From contig OZ024742.1 of assembly GCA_964016885.1 (NCBI GenBank), positions 211,482,001-211,546,000 of the forward strand: a stretch of DNA of 64,000 nucleotides. Reading direction: 5' to 3'. Positions 1 to 19,376 of the stretch are shown piece after piece. Each line of letters starts with the position of its first letter. The stretch's first letter is position 1. This DNA is from Eledone cirrhosa. Lineage: Eukaryota. Under the pieces are notes generated by a model that searched no databases, was not told the origin of the DNA, and saw only the letters and a program-made list of their open reading frames with translations. The translations under genes and the position numbers were made by a program.

Positions 1-1399
1 GCTTCCGACATTCTTTCCAAAACTTTAAACCCAATATATAGCAATGTCAGACTTGAACCAGGCACCACCTCTAGCATCTAACACCAAGGGCACACCTTAT
101 ACCACATCCCCACACTCATTGATCCAATATAACACAAATAGTGACATCCCTCTAGAACCCTTTACAGTAGAAATACCCCTTTGTACATCTACTTTCGGTG
201 TGACTGCCTTCAATTGCTTGAACTACATTACACCACTATATAATTAATGTAAAATTTAAACATTGAATTGATTGTACAGTTGGTGTTCTGTGGATGGAGT
301 GCCATTGTTGGATAAGTGGAAGACTAATTAATTTAGTAACATTGATGAGCTATATAACTTATATGCTGGGTGCAGTGAATGAAATGCAAGTGGCGTATGA
401 GTTGTACATATATGTATGAATTGATGGTCGGATTGGTGACATGGTAAGTGGGGCTAGACCTCTGGTCTACCCTAGTGATAGTTAACTTTGACATCCAATC
501 TAATATACACTGACCCAGAGTTTACCAAGAATTATTGTATATAGAAGTGATTCTATAATAACCCTGCCAGGTTCTATGAGTAGACTACAATTACAATGAT
601 CATTGATTTAGAGATCTGGCTCTTCGTGTGAAATATTCAATTGTGGCACTCTATAATGGAGGATAATCACCCTAATATGAACACCTTTAATACTTCTTGA
701 TAGACTACACTGTAATTATAGATAGGACACTTTAAATTTTTAGAAACTGTTTATAACCGTATAAGATAGGGACTCTTTTGAGACACCATTTAATGTACAT
801 TGGGATAATATTTAGTTACAGAAATCAGTGAGTTACCTCCCCTCACGCATTAACTCCCCTTAGTCACACACACACTTCCGGAAAATAATACGATGTTGAT
901 TCTCGCAACTAAACAACCTGCTATATTGGACTAAAGACCAACAAACTATGATACTCTAACAGAATCATCAAACGTCCAATATTGAATCGTCGTGGATTAT
1001 GTGAGGGGCATATAATCTAGTTATTACGCTCTCCGGACTGTGAAAATGGTGTTGTACACAAAAACCATATCATCGCTTTGCTACAGATTTCTAATATTTT
1101 TAATATTTATAATATTTCTCTACACACAAGCTTCTATAACATTCATATAAAAGATACATTTCCAGTACAACCCCCTTAATAATCTTGTTTACCCGCTTAA
1201 AGTGCTTGTCTTACATGTCACACCCTGCCGCACTATAATATTTATAAATAAGACACACGTGTTTGCCACACGTATAACTATTGCACACACAATAACTGCT
1301 TCTGACTATCCTATCGCATTATGTTCATGTTGTATTTTAACATTAATTTTAATTTTATCCTCTTTTGATATGAATGTAATCTTTAAATGTATACTGCCG

Positions 1400-1690
1400 C
1401 GCTAAATGTTATAATGGCTGTCGACCCACCAAGCAACAATATATGCATATGTATCTGTATGTCTCTTGGGTTGAAAAGGAGGTCATATATGTGATCATTC
1501 ATTAATAAATTGCTCCGAAGAATCCAAACCTCGGTTTGGAGGAAACAATTGTAAGCATATAAATGATTTGAACAGAACTTTGATTATTATAACTTATATA
1601 TAACTGCTCTGTAAAACAACTCATGTTATTACATTGAGCTATTTATCTTACTGGTAATAAGGTAGTAATATATTACTGCCTATCACTATT
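1400..1690 (+). mobile_element. PLE-type pseudo-LTR/3' end carrying a hammerhead; related copy at ~3990-4200
   Basis: Shares gacccac..aaaaggaggtcatat..attaataaattgctccgaagaatccaaacctcggtttggaggaaac with 4016-4160; ends near (TA)n. Confidence 0.6.
1511..1557 (+). ncRNA. Minimal type I hammerhead ribozyme (U4C core variant)
   Basis: tgct-CCGAAGA-a-tccaaacc/tc/ggtttgga-g-GAAA-caattg-TA-agca; stem I tgct/agca, 8-bp stem II, palindromic stem III. Confidence 0.8.
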
Positions 1691-1761
1691 TAGGGTTTGT
1701 AAAAATATATATAACTACAAAAGTTTTGTGTATATGCATAACCATAAATAGTATCCTTAAT

Positions 1762-3852
<2,091 letters not shown>

Positions 3853-4115
3853 GTATTAGTTATACTATTTATGGTTATGTAAACACAAACCTTAAGCAGT
3901 TGAACCACTTATCTTCATGTTGTACTTTAACCTATATCTTTGATTTTTGATTGTACCTATTAATATAAATGTAATCTCGAAGTGTGTACTGCCACTCTAA
4001 ATTCTGTAATGAATGTTGACCCACAATGTTTAAATATGTATCAATGTTTGAATATGTATTTGGTATGTCTCTCGGCTGAAAAGGAGGTCATATAACTGTC
4101 CATGCATTAATAAAT

Positions 4116-4162
4116 TGCTCCGAAGAATCCAAACCTCGGTTTGGAGGAAACAGCTGTAAGCA
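4116..4162 (+). ncRNA. Minimal type I hammerhead ribozyme (U4C variant)
   Basis: Identical to 1511-1557 except stem III cagctg instead of caattg; both are palindromes. Confidence 0.8.
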
Positions 4163-4193
4163 CAATAATGTTTTGAACAGTTCTTTGATTCTT

Positions 4194-5217
<1,024 letters not shown>

Positions 5218-5218
5218 A

Positions 5219-5335
5219 AGGTCTGATGACATGGTGTGTTGGCTTACAGTGTACTTTCGGTTTTTGATAATATTTGTGTATTATTCAAATAGCGATGTAT
5301 AGGTAACTCATACACTATAGAAACAATTGTTACCT
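5219..5335 (+). ncRNA. Type I hammerhead with 72-nt loop-2 insertion
   Basis: aggt-CTGATGA-c-atggtgtg[72 nt]tacactat-a-GAAA-caattg-TT-acct. Confidence 0.7.
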
Positions 5336-5379
5336 AATAAATTCTATATACCCGCATTTCCATTTCGTAAATTTCTTCT

Positions 5380-5467
<88 letters not shown>

Positions 5468-5472
<5 letters not shown>

Positions 5473-8030
5473 AAGGTTAAATAATGTTCAATGAATAAAT
5501 CAAAGAATGAGTTTTACAATAGATTGGAAGCACTCACTAGATTTGGTTTTCCCGAGTTATTAATATTAATTCAAAATATTAACAAAAATAGACATTCCTG
5601 TGATCAAGTATATTTTATTATACATATTTCAGAGGTACTGAGCTATCTTCAACAGTACGTCCTCATCAGATAAAATAAGATGATACATGACATACCCTGA
5701 CTTAGTAGATGGTTAAGATTCAGTCATAGTAGTGAATAAGATATGACAAAACTCAATATTTATATACCTTAAGATTGAGACATGAAAATCTTTTTACATA
5801 TAATACAGAGGGTGCGTGTGAGAAAGCTTAAAATTACATAATAGTAATTTATATAACTGTTAGAGATTTTCAAACAATTTACATTATTGAAGAAAGAAGA
5901 AAGAAAGAAGACAGAGAGAAACAGATGAGGAAAAAATATAGTTACTAGAAGTATAGAAAACAAAAGAGAATTGATCAAAGATAGAGAGACAAGGAGGGAA
6001 AATGTTTATAGTATAAAGCATAAGGAGGGAGATTTGTATTGTCGTGGATGAATAGGGTGTGATTAGATGCAAAAATATATATATCTATATAAATATGAAT
6101 ATAACTTTGGGCATAGCTTTGTGAAAGAGTAAACTCGAATCTTTGAATTATCTAGAAATATGCATCAATCTAAATATTAAATATATCTGGGTGTAATTAA
6201 ATGAGGGTTTAATTTCGAGTCATTAGTTAATTAGAAATATACTACCAATTAATTATATACACTATATATATCCAAACGTATCCGGCTGACAGTTAAATTT
6301 CGAATCATTTATGTTAGTTCAGAATAATGAATTAATCTAAAGGTATAATATTTCAGGCTATAAAAGTTTATAAATATCCATATTAATATTAAAGTATACT
6401 AACATATTTAATTTATAAAATCATATTTAAAGTATTTGCAAACATGAGAAAGAAGAGACTTAGTATTTTCATCCAGACGAAGGTAATCCATACTAAATTA
6501 TAGTATCTTATATTATATAATATTAAAAAAAATTTTTTGAATATTAAAATAATAATTCTCATTATATAATTTAGAAAATAATTACAGTTATAACTTTAAA
6601 AATTTAAAATTAACAATTAGAATGCCCTAAATTATCTAAAGGCCTAATAATTAAACTTAAAAAAGGGTATTATTAAATTAGATATACGCATTTGTCTAAA
6701 TATATACAAAGAGTATATTTTTAAAGTTCAAGACGATATTAGTCAGTTATACATAACATAATATAATATCATAAATAAGTTACTGTTAATATTGTTAAAA
6801 TTAAGGTTTTAGATCAATTATTATATTAGGATCATGTAATACATATATACTATAAATATACAAATCAAACTTCATGAATCATAAGGATAAGAACCAGATT
6901 CAAAATAAATAAGTAAATTGTTTGCGATGATATAAGTGCCAAATATCTAAGCTATATAATTTAAAATTCTTAAGGATCTATATTGTAGTATAATATCATA
7001 TTTAAAGTGTCTGCAAACATGAGAAAGAGAAAACTTAAGATTTTCATCAACCCGAAGGTGACCCGAATTTAATTAAATTTAAACAATAATAATCGTTATA
7101 TAATTTAGAAAATATTTAACAATTATAACACTAGAATGTCCTTAAGTATCTAAAGTACTTATAAATGTAGCTAGAAGCATGTTATTAAACCAGATGTTCA
7201 CATTTGTCCAAATATATACAGAGTATTCTGTTCGGAACTCAAGACGATATTAGTGATCCATATACATATAATAAATGAATAATAAAATCATTGTTAGTAA
7301 AGTTATAATTGAAGTTTTACATCAAGTTAAGTGGGAAAAGTTTGTCGACTAGGGCCGTGTGCGACGCATATGCAATACATATATATAAATAAATATAAAT
7401 ATATAAATCAAACATCCTGAATCTTAAACTAACATACTCCAAAAGAATAAATACATAAATACATAAATGCATGAATGGTTTACGGTTCCTTACATATATA
7501 TAGCATATAAGCTATATATTTAAAAAAATACAAGAATCCCAATCAAATTAAATGTATCTACACAATCAAAAGATATGCATATTCATCAAGAGATCATGTT
7601 AACAATCTATATGTTAAAATATTTATATAGAACCCTTAATCTAACTTTAATCATATCATAAATGAGTAAAAAATTATTATAAGGTTTTATAATCTGTTAT
7701 AACATTTTACGCACTCAGTTGATAAGAGACGTCAACAATTAGAACATATTTATTTAGTGTTTTTTCCTGACCTTTTGCGAGGCTTGGAATAATTCACTTT
7801 TTTTGTTAATTAAATTATCATAATTAGTAATTATTAATAGGGTCTCCATAGTACAGAGATTGCAGTTAGGTGATATTGAAGAATTCAAGTAGATTCGACT
7901 ATTACACAGCTTCGACCAAGAAATCGAGTATTTTAAATTTTTGTCTTTTAACGACCATATAAGTTGTGATAAAGAAGTCGAAGATTTCCTATTAGAATTC
8001 GAAAAAGAGTATTTGTGATTCGAAAATACG
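5468..8030 (-). mobile_element. 5'-truncated Penelope-like element (GIY-YIG C-terminus plus long 3' UTR/pLTR), copy 1
   Basis: ORF 7754-8030 NHKYSF..STSLSQLIWSLK..CNLCTMETLLI..LINKKSEL; HHR at 5612-5676; terminus in (TA)n; near-identical to 8842-11640. Confidence 0.8.
5612..5676 (-). ncRNA. Type I hammerhead ribozyme
   Basis: Minus strand attttat-CTGATGA-g-gacgtactg..cagtacctc-t-GAAA-tatgta-TA-ataaaat; 7-bp stem I. Confidence 0.8.
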
Positions 8031-8375
8031 GAACAAAACAGCGAGGCAGACAAATAAAGGTTTATTAGGTTCACGCTTTTGAGAGGGGGGGGGGGCGTTA
8101 CGGGCATAAGCCCTTCTTCAGGAGTAAATAGGTTAAGAAGAGAGTTCAGAGGGTGTGTCGAAATACATTTAGAAAAAAGGGGGAAGGAGAACAAATAAAA
8201 ATAAAAATAAACGTAAACGTAAAAATAAACATAAGAATAAACAATAAGATGGACAAGTGGTGGAAGGGTGTGAGGCGTATAAGGGTGGTGGCGGGTGGAG
8301 TTGGGAGAGGGAGGCGGGGAGTCGAAGCGAGGAAGGCTGAAGGTGGTGTTTATGTATGTGTGAAGGTGTACGTGA

Positions 8376-8400
<25 letters not shown>
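8031..8400 (-). mobile_element. PLE pLTR fragment, second family (degenerate HHR ctgaagaagggcttatgcccgtaa)
   Basis: Homologous to 28370-28790(+), 12031-12100(+) and 39685-39770(+). Confidence 0.6.
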
Positions 8401-8415
<15 letters not shown>

Positions 8416-8615
8416 AATATGGGGAGAAGAATACTGCATGGTTGCACATGGATTACATGTTATAAAATGAGTCCCTCATCAGTGATTTGCCAACGATCAT
8501 TGGTATTTCATCGCATTAAAAATCATATACCTCACGTTGGTGCGACAATAACTAAAATAAGTTATTAGGACAATTGAAACGCGTAAAGCGAGTGAGACAA
8601 GTAAACAACACAGGG

Positions 8616-8657
<42 letters not shown>

Positions 8658-8758
8658 GTAGAACATTGGAAGGTAATATCCGTAGTGGTAGAACACTCGG
8701 TCCATGGGACGAGTTAGGTAGAAGTGGTAACATATGGTGAACTAACTGTTGTGTTACC

Positions 8759-8845
<87 letters not shown>

Positions 8846-8983
8846 AAGGTTAAACAATGTTCAATGAATAAATCAAAGAATGAGTTTTACAATAGATTGG
8901 AAGCACTCAACAGATTTGGTTTCCAGAGTTATTAATATTAATTCAAAATATTAACAACAATAGACATTCGTGTGATCAAGTAT

Positions 8984-9048
8984 ATTTTATTATACATATT
9001 TCAGAGGTACTGAGCTATCTTCAACAGTACGTCCTCATCAGATAAAAT
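8984..9048 (-). ncRNA. Type I hammerhead ribozyme (duplicate of 5612-5676)
   Basis: Same sequence as 5612-5676. Confidence 0.8.
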
Positions 9049-10187
9049 AAGATGATGCATGACATACTCTGACTTAGTAGATGGTTAAGATTCAGTCATA
9101 GTAGTGAATAAGATATGACAAAACTCAATATTTATATACCTTAAGATTGAGACATGAAAATCTTTTTACATATAATACAGAGGGTGCGTGTGAGAAAGCT
9201 TAAAATTACATAATAGTAATTTACATAACTGTTAGAGATTCAAATAATTTACATTATTGAAGAAAGAAGAAAGAAAGAAGAAAGAAAGAAGAAAGACAGA
9301 GAAACAGATGAGGAAAAAATATAGTTACTAGAAGTATAGAAAACAAAAGAGAATTGATCAAAGATAGAGAGACAAGGAGGGAAAATGTTTATAGTATAAA
9401 GCATAAGGAGGGAGATTTGTATTGTCGTGGATGAATAGGGTGTGATTAGATGCAAAAATATATCTATCTATATAAATATGAATATACCTTTGGGCATAGC
9501 TTTGTGAAAGAGTAAACTCGAATCTTTGAATTATCTAAAAATATCCATCAATCTAAATATTAAATATATCTGGGTGTAATTAAATTAGGGTTTAATTTCG
9601 AGTCCTTAGTTAATTAGAAATATACTACCAATTAATTATATACACTATATATATCCAAATGTATCCGGCTGACAGTTAAATTTCGAATCATTTATGTTAG
9701 TTCAGAATAATGAATTAATCTAAAGGTATAATATTTCAGGCTATAAAAGTATAAATATCCATATTAATATTAAAGTATACTAACATATTTAATTTATAAA
9801 ATCATATTTAAAGTATTTGCAAACATGAGAAAGAAGAGACTTAGTATTTTCATCCAGACGAAGGTAATCCATATTAAATTATAGTATCTTATATTATATA
9901 ATATTAAAAAAAATTTTTGAATATTAAAATAATAATTCTCATTATATAATTTAGAAAATAATTACAGTTATAACTTAAAAAATTTAAAATTAACAATTAG
10001 AATGCCCTAAAGTATCTAAAGGCCTAATAATTAAACTTAAAAAAGGGTATTATTAAATTAGATATACGCATTTGTCTAAATATATACAAAGAGTATATTT
10101 TTAAAGTTCAAGACGATAATCCATATCAAATTATATTATTTTATATTATATTATATTATATTATATTATATTATATTATATTATATT

Positions 10188-10320
10188 TGACTGAGTTCAA
10201 ATCCCTCCAAGGTTAACTTTGCCTTTCATCCTTACGGGGTGGATAAAAGAAAGTACCAGTGGGTGGATAAAAGAAAGTACCAGTAATGTACTAGCCTTGT
10301 GCCAAAAGTTGAAACAATTA
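10188..10320 (+). mobile_element. tRNA-derived SINE (Meta-domain-like), partial
   Basis: gagttcaaatccc..ttaactttgcctttcatccttacggggt..aaagtaccagt..gccttgtgccaaaagttgaaac. Confidence 0.75.
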
Positions 10321-10440
10321 TTTTATATTATATTAAAAAAGATTTTTTATATTAAAATAATAATTGTCATTATATAATTTAGAAAATAATTACAGTTATA
10401 ACTTTAAAAATTTAAAATTAACAATTAGAATGCCCTAAAG

Positions 10441-10948
10441 CAAAGGTTATCAACGGGGGGCATATGCACCCCGGGGGGGGGGGGGGCGTTTGGGAGCAAG
10501 GTCGCATTAGGGGAGGCATTTGGAGCTTGAGGGGTGGAGGTGGGGTGGAGCTAGGGTGGGGGTGGGGGGTCGTTGGAAGGCTCTTTACTTTGGTAAGTTT
10601 TATAAGCCATACTTGTATGTCTTTGAGACAGCCAGTGTGAATGCATTTGAATGAGCTTGCAGACAGCATAACTATAGTCTGACCACAGCTGTGAGCAGGT
10701 GTGCAGGCGTGTCTGGTAATTGAGACATTAACCGGTAATTGAGATCCTAAAAATGGAAAAACCCACAGTCGACTGTGTCAAGGACACTTTGAGCGCAGCC
10801 AGTTAGAATCTTGTCTTTCCTTCACCGATAACAATGTATTTCATGTCTAAAATTATTGACTCAACCGCAACGAGTTAACACTATGTAGATCTATTTTATT
10901 CCCTATTGTATAAATAATATTACAAATAAAAAAAAAGAAAAGAAAAAT
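10441..10948 (+). mobile_element. Poly(A)-tailed retroposon 3' fragment inside the PLE copy, unclassified
   Basis: GC-richer segment with G-runs ending in aataaa plus an A-tract at ~10926-10948; absent from copy 1. Confidence 0.35.
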
Positions 10949-11708
10949 ACAAGAATCCCAATCAAAATAAATGTATCTACACAAATAAACGATATGCATA
11001 TTCATCAAGAGATCATGTTAACAATCTATATGTTTATATATTTATATAGAACCCTTAATCTAACTCTAATCATATCATAAATGAATAAAAAATTATTATA
11101 AGGTTTTATAATCTGTTATAACATTTTACGCACTTAGTTGATAAGAGGCGTAAAAAATTAGAACATATTTATTTAATGTTTTTTCCTGACTTTTTGCGAG
11201 GCTAGGAATGTAGAGGAAGCTTTATGAAGGCAATTTGAGAATAATTCACTTTTTTTGTTAATTAAATTTTCATAATTAGTAATTATTAATAGAGTCTCCA
11301 TAGTACAGAGATTGCAGTTAGGTGATATTGACGAATTCAAGTAGATTCGACTATTACACATCTTCGACCAAGAAATCGAGTATTTTAAATTTTTGCCTTT
11401 TAACAACCATATAAGTTGTGATAAAGAAGTCGAAGATTTCCTATTAGGATTCGAAAAAGAGTATTTGTGATTCGAAAATCTTGATTTAAATGTCTATGAA
11501 GTTGCACCAATATAGTTGTATGTGATATTATTTGCTTTTACGGTGCATTTATAGACCAGATTGCTATCCAGACAATTATTTTGCAGAGGGCAATTTGATC
11601 TATTTCTACAATTACATTTCGATTTATTGTTATTACTATAAATTGGACAATTGACATTAACATTGTTAGTACTTTATATATATATATAAACATTGTACTA
11701 ACATTGTT

Positions 11709-11815
<107 letters not shown>

Positions 11816-12036
11816 TATATATAGTACTAACAATATATATATATATATATGAGTCCCGGTTTCAATGTAAACCTCATGTTTAATATAGAAAATACTTCTA
11901 CAGAACTATAACTGTTTCATTCAAAAGAAATCATGACGCTTTCCTGATGATTTCTTTCGAATGAAACAGTTCTAGTCCGGTAGAAGCCATTTGTATATTA
12001 AACATTATATATATATATGAGTATAAAAAATTTCTC

Positions 12037-12067
12037 CTGATGAAGGGCTTATGCCCGAAACGTCGTC
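12037..12067 (+). ncRNA. Hammerhead core, ultra-minimal PLE type; stem I not evident
   Basis: CTGATGA-a-gggc-ttat-gccc-GAAA-cg-TC; homolog CCGAGGA..GAAAcgtc at 28650-28680. Confidence 0.5.
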
Positions 12068-12092
12068 CCCACCCCCCACTCTCAAGCGTGAA

Positions 12093-12625
12093 ACTAATAA
12101 TTGTTTCTACTTTTGACATAAGGCCAGCAATTGCCTAGTACATTACTGGTACTTTATTTTATCGACCCCGTAAGGATGAAAGGCAAAGTTAACCTCGGCG
12201 GGATTTGAACTGGGACTGTAAAGGGACGTAACTATGCTGGAAAGCATGGCGTCCGACTCTCTATCGATACTGCCCATCCACCGCCTTGAAACTAATAATA
12301 ATTGTTTCTACTTTTGACACAAGGCCAGCAATTACCCAGTGCATTACTGGTACTTTATTTTATCGACCCCGTAAGGATGAAAGGCAAAGTTAACCTCGGC
12401 GGGATTTGAACTCAGAATGGCAAGGCCGTAACTCTATGCGTCAAAGCATATCGTCCGACCCTCTACCGATATTGCCAGTCCATCTAATAATAATTGTTTC
12501 TACTTTAGGCACAAGGCCAGCAATTACCCAGTACATTACTGGTACTTTATTTTATCGACCCCGTAAGGATGAAAGGCAAAGTCAACCTCGGCGGGATTTG
12601 AACTCAGATCGTAAAGGGACGTAAA
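12093..12625 (-). mobile_element. Three head-to-tail copies of a tRNA-derived SINE
   Basis: Three repeats of aataattgtttctactt..ggtactttattttatcgaccccgtaaggatgaaaggcaaag..ctcggcgggatttgaac (B-box gttcaaatccc on minus). Confidence 0.85.
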
Positions 12626-12711
12626 TAATAATAACATTTGTACTGCCTCTTCATTTCCACGTTTTTTGTTTTTTGGGGGTTTTTCTGTTTTTTGTTCTCT
12701 GTTTACTTTTA

Positions 12712-12755
<44 letters not shown>

Positions 12756-13556
12756 AAATACAAGGGTCAATGACAACCACTTTGTGCCAACTTTGATAGA
12801 GAAATGGATATTTAATATCTCCTTCCCTACCTTTCTCTCACACCGTGCTGACATGTTCAGTGTTGAAAGCAACAGCTATGTATAGCTAGCTACTTATCTA
12901 TCAATCTAGCTAGCTAGCTAGATAGCTAGAGCTAGCTAACTATCAACCTAGCTAGCTATCACCCTACCTACCTACAAGCTAACCTATTTACATCTTTATT
13001 TGGCTGTCTGACTGTCAATCTATAGTTATGTATCTGTTCGGACAAAAACAACAATACGAACAAACCCCAAATCCCATTAGCAGTCCGAAAATAGATGGAC
13101 GGACATGGACACAGACATCCATACATACATACATACACATACATACACACACACACACACATACATACATACATACATACATACATACATACATACATAC
13201 ATACATACATACATACATACATAGGTAGAACAAAGTCATAGCAAGTTAACGGAAATTTGATAATGATTAAAGAAAATGTGAAAGAAAATTATCGTAATCC
13301 ATTTAAATGAATGTAAAATGAAACGCGTCGAAGGGGAAAAGAAAAATCGAAGACTTAACAATCCTTACCTAAAATATAAACAGAATTACTGAAATAAATA
13401 TTTTTGCTATAAACCCCCTTTTTACAGTTACTATGCTAGTATATATCCATATGTGTTAGTGTGCCCGCATGTGTGCAGCTATATATGCATATATGTATGT
13501 ACATCTGTAGGATTATGTTTACACACACACACACATACATACATACATACATACAT

Positions 13557-13604
<48 letters not shown>

Positions 13605-14380
13605 GTGTGTGTGTGTAAAATGATTATATGCATATATATATATGCATATAATCATTTTACCCCCGCTTTTCCATGTTTGCATGGATTGCACAGGTCCTTG
13701 CACACTCCCACATACACACAATATTAGACCGTTCTGTATATAGACGTAAATACACGCACATTGCCCGTGATTTTTCAAATAAATTTAACTGAGAATAGTA
13801 CGAATGTGTGTAGGTTATATATTTAATAATTATTCTGCTACGATCTACGCCTGTGGTGCTTTAATAAATGCGATTTTAACTACTGATTGAAATCGCAAAC
13901 ATAATCTATTTCTATGTTTTGCTACAGTACAACTACATTGATAATGCTTTAACAAATCATAAAACGCTATTAGTTAGCGTCTCTTTTGCCTCAAAAATCA
14001 TTAGAGAGGTTGCCCAGTATTTCTCGCGACGCTGCTGTCTTTTGCTCTAGTGGTGGCTCGGTTGTTCACCCCTTCCTTTATATTTTCTTTAATATTGCCA
14101 CATTAAAGGAATATACCCTTCTGAAAGAATCGCGAGCAATTTATAATGTTATTTAAGCATTTGTAGTGTTATTCATGTATATATTTAAAACATATTTGTT
14201 ATGTTATTCTATTGTAAATTCATTTATATGCTTTGTATATATAAATAACTGTTTGCTATTCTCTTTTGCTCCTTCCCTTATACTTGATACTGCGGTAAAG
14301 GTGAAATTGGTTACTTCCGTAGCTGAACGGAATAACATTATAAAATAATAGGAATTATCAGCAAACTATTATTTTTTCAG

Positions 14381-14468
14381 CCTGTGGCGTTACAGGTGTT
14401 TGGAAGGTCAGGGCCGCTGACAACGAAATGCATATCATTGTTGACAACTCACCTTACCGATGAACAAG
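14381..14468 (+). CDS. Candidate spliced exon (88 nt), product unknown, may be non-coding
   Basis: attttttcag| and AAG|gtgagg splice sites; one open frame PVALQVFGRSGPLTTKCISLLTTHLTDEQ; non-repetitive flank. Confidence 0.3.
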
Positions 14469-14632
14469 GTGAGGCCCACAAGAGTGTCAGATTAGTCTAG
14501 CGCCTCAGCCTCGCTATCATTCGCGCCAATGCTGTGACTGTACATGCATACATACATACATACATACATACATACATACATACATACATACATACATACA
14601 TACATACATACATACATACATACATACATACA

Positions 14633-14865
14633 CAAGGTGGTGGGACTGCCCCCCCTTCCCCCATAATTATATTTTTCTCCCCAAACTACCCAAATACTCA
14701 TCTATTTGTATAGGCGCTACAATTTATGTACATGTTTATCGCATATCGAAGTGTTTGACATCTTGGTTGATATTTGATAATACCGGCTAAACTAATCACT
14801 ACAACTAAATTGACCAAATTTGCCCCCCCCCCCCATCCAATTTAGAAATGCTTCCACCGCCCTTG
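14633..14865. mobile_element. Short non-autonomous DNA transposon (hAT-like MITE) in (CATA)n
   Basis: Imperfect TIRs caaggtggtggga / ttccaccgcccttg. Confidence 0.4.
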
Positions 14866-15536
14866 CATACATACATAAACGGACGCACGCACGTACACAC
14901 ATACATACATCCATACATGCGTATGTACATATATACACACACATACATCTTCACACAATGATTCTTGTAGATCTTCAAACTAAATAAGGAAGAAAATATT
15001 TTCGATATGATTATGGCTATTTAGCTCGAGAGAAAATATTCATAAACGAATTGGAAAATAATATAGAATATAAAAAAAAATAATTGATTGATAAATATTA
15101 TTAATACAGGTGCAAAAATAATTTGGATAAATAAATAAAAATGTGTCATTGGAATACAATTGTGTACGTTCAATAAGTTCATTTCTGATTGGCTGATATT
15201 TTTAACATCGTTACTAACCGGAAATGAATACAGGAAAATAATTTTTTTTCTGTGATCAAAAGAGTAAATAGAATTTATCAAATTAAAGATAATAATTGTA
15301 AATATTAATAATTATTTTATTAACGTATATTTGGCATCGAAAGTGACAGTTATTCTAATCATGGATTCTCTGGATAAAATCGTGACTTTCCCCGGTTTTT
15401 GCTTGAATTTACATTTTCTTTTCTTTGCAGAGTGACCGACAAGGTTATGTAGAATAACAGACCTTTTTCTTTCTCGTTACATTAAAATAACACCTTGAAA
15501 ACAGTTGCATCCCAAAACACATAATTGTCTCCCTTT

Positions 15537-15576
<40 letters not shown>

Positions 15577-15578
<2 letters not shown>

Positions 15579-16015
15579 TAGCAGAGGTACCCGGCGTTGC
15601 TCGGGTATTAAATAGCAGTTGTGTATACCATTTATGTCAATACTTCAGTGCTGCTTCGAAAACTATACTTTTACAAAATCATCGGCTTTTTCAAAAAGGG
15701 GGTCCTGCTCCCAGGAGTCCTCTACTCAATGTGTGCCAATTCTGAGAGTTCACGTTCATCTGTAGAACAAACGTAGCCCATGTGTCAAGTTTTGTGAAAA
15801 TCGGTTACGAACTCCAGAAGTTATAACGTTTTGTTGAAATTGCACTGCAGTGCTTCAGTCGACTCCAAGGAAGTGGTTAAAGGGGGTTATCTGCCGGGAG
15901 CCCCTATAATCAATATCTGGAAAAATGAAAGTGTCCATGACCATCCGGAGTACATAAGTAACCTATGTCTTAAGTTTGGTGAAAATACTGTAGAAATGCA
16001 TAAGGTTTATACATA
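15577..16015 (+). mobile_element. Helitron/Helentron-like non-autonomous element fragment
   Basis: Starts actagcagaggtacccggcgttgctcgggt (terminal hairpin); internal tgtgtcaagttttgtgaaaatcgg-type repeats. Confidence 0.55.
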
Positions 16016-16227
16016 CGCGCGCGCGCGTGTGGCGTGCGTGTGTGTGTGGGGGGGGGGTATGTATTTGTGTGTGCGTATGTATGTGTATGTCCGTCGGGGC
16101 ATGCGTATGTACTGGCCTAAATCTTCACTATTTACTTTTACTATTTTAATAACCTCTGTCATTTTCGTTTTCAATTTTATTTACATCATTCTTAAACTCC
16201 GGGGCTGGAAATCATTCTGTTATTTTA

Positions 16228-16436
16228 AATAGAATATTAGTCTAACGACTCCATTTATACCATAAACTTGGTCTTGTCTTTGCATGAAATTGTTCTTCTC
16301 ACTCCACATAACGATGTATTATCCTCGCTTTTTTCCGTTCATTGCCAGGGAACGTCTTCACGAACCAAAATATCATCTTCCTGTTTTCCTTCGGTTGCAA
16401 CGTTTCTCGAAATATTTACTTCTGCGTTCACAGATT
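16228..16436 (+). repeat. Unclassified interspersed repeat; inverted copy at ~62440-62658
   Basis: Shared tagaatattagtctaa..cttcacgaaccaaaatatc..ccttcggttgcaacg..atttacttctgcgt. Confidence 0.7.
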
Positions 16437-16639
16437 ACTCTCAATTTGAATGGGAAATTCCTGTTTCATCGATTTTCTCCATAACCATGGAAGCTTGTAA
16501 CTTGAAAGTCGACCCAACGCCTCCTCAGGTCATTCTGCATAACTGTGTACATTTTCGCTGCATTCTACCAAGCCATTTCGACGTTTATCCGACTACACCT
16601 ACATATACAACGTCCGACCACTTCCAATTTATATAGTAG

Positions 16640-19025
<2,386 letters not shown>

Positions 19026-19259
19026 AAAAAATGAAACGAAATTTAATTTCTCACTCTTAGTACGGCTGTTACTTAAATATAAGTATGTATAAGTACATAC
19101 ATATATGTATACAAACGTACAGTAGTATGTTGAACAAAAGGGCAACGATGTTTGCTAAAGACTGTACGGCTTAATTCGGGATGTTTGTTTACAAACAAAC
19201 CGAGCATTGTAATAAATCTTCGGTAAATCCATACGTACATATATATATATGTGTGCATG

Positions 19260-19376
<117 letters not shown>

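Larger units (their letters stand above)
8842..11640 (-). mobile_element. 5'-truncated Penelope-like element, copy 2, interrupted by a SINE and a poly(A)-tailed insert
   Basis: GIY-YIG remnant 11173-11615 (CNCRNRSNCPLQNNCLDSNLVYKC..YIGATS..FKSRFSNHKYSF..CNLC..CLHK); ~1.27 kb near-identical to 5468-6740. Confidence 0.8.

Noticed and set aside
12093-12625. tRNA genes suggested by gttcaaatccc B-boxes
   Set aside because: They are SINE heads followed by a conserved SINE body; no cloverleaf.
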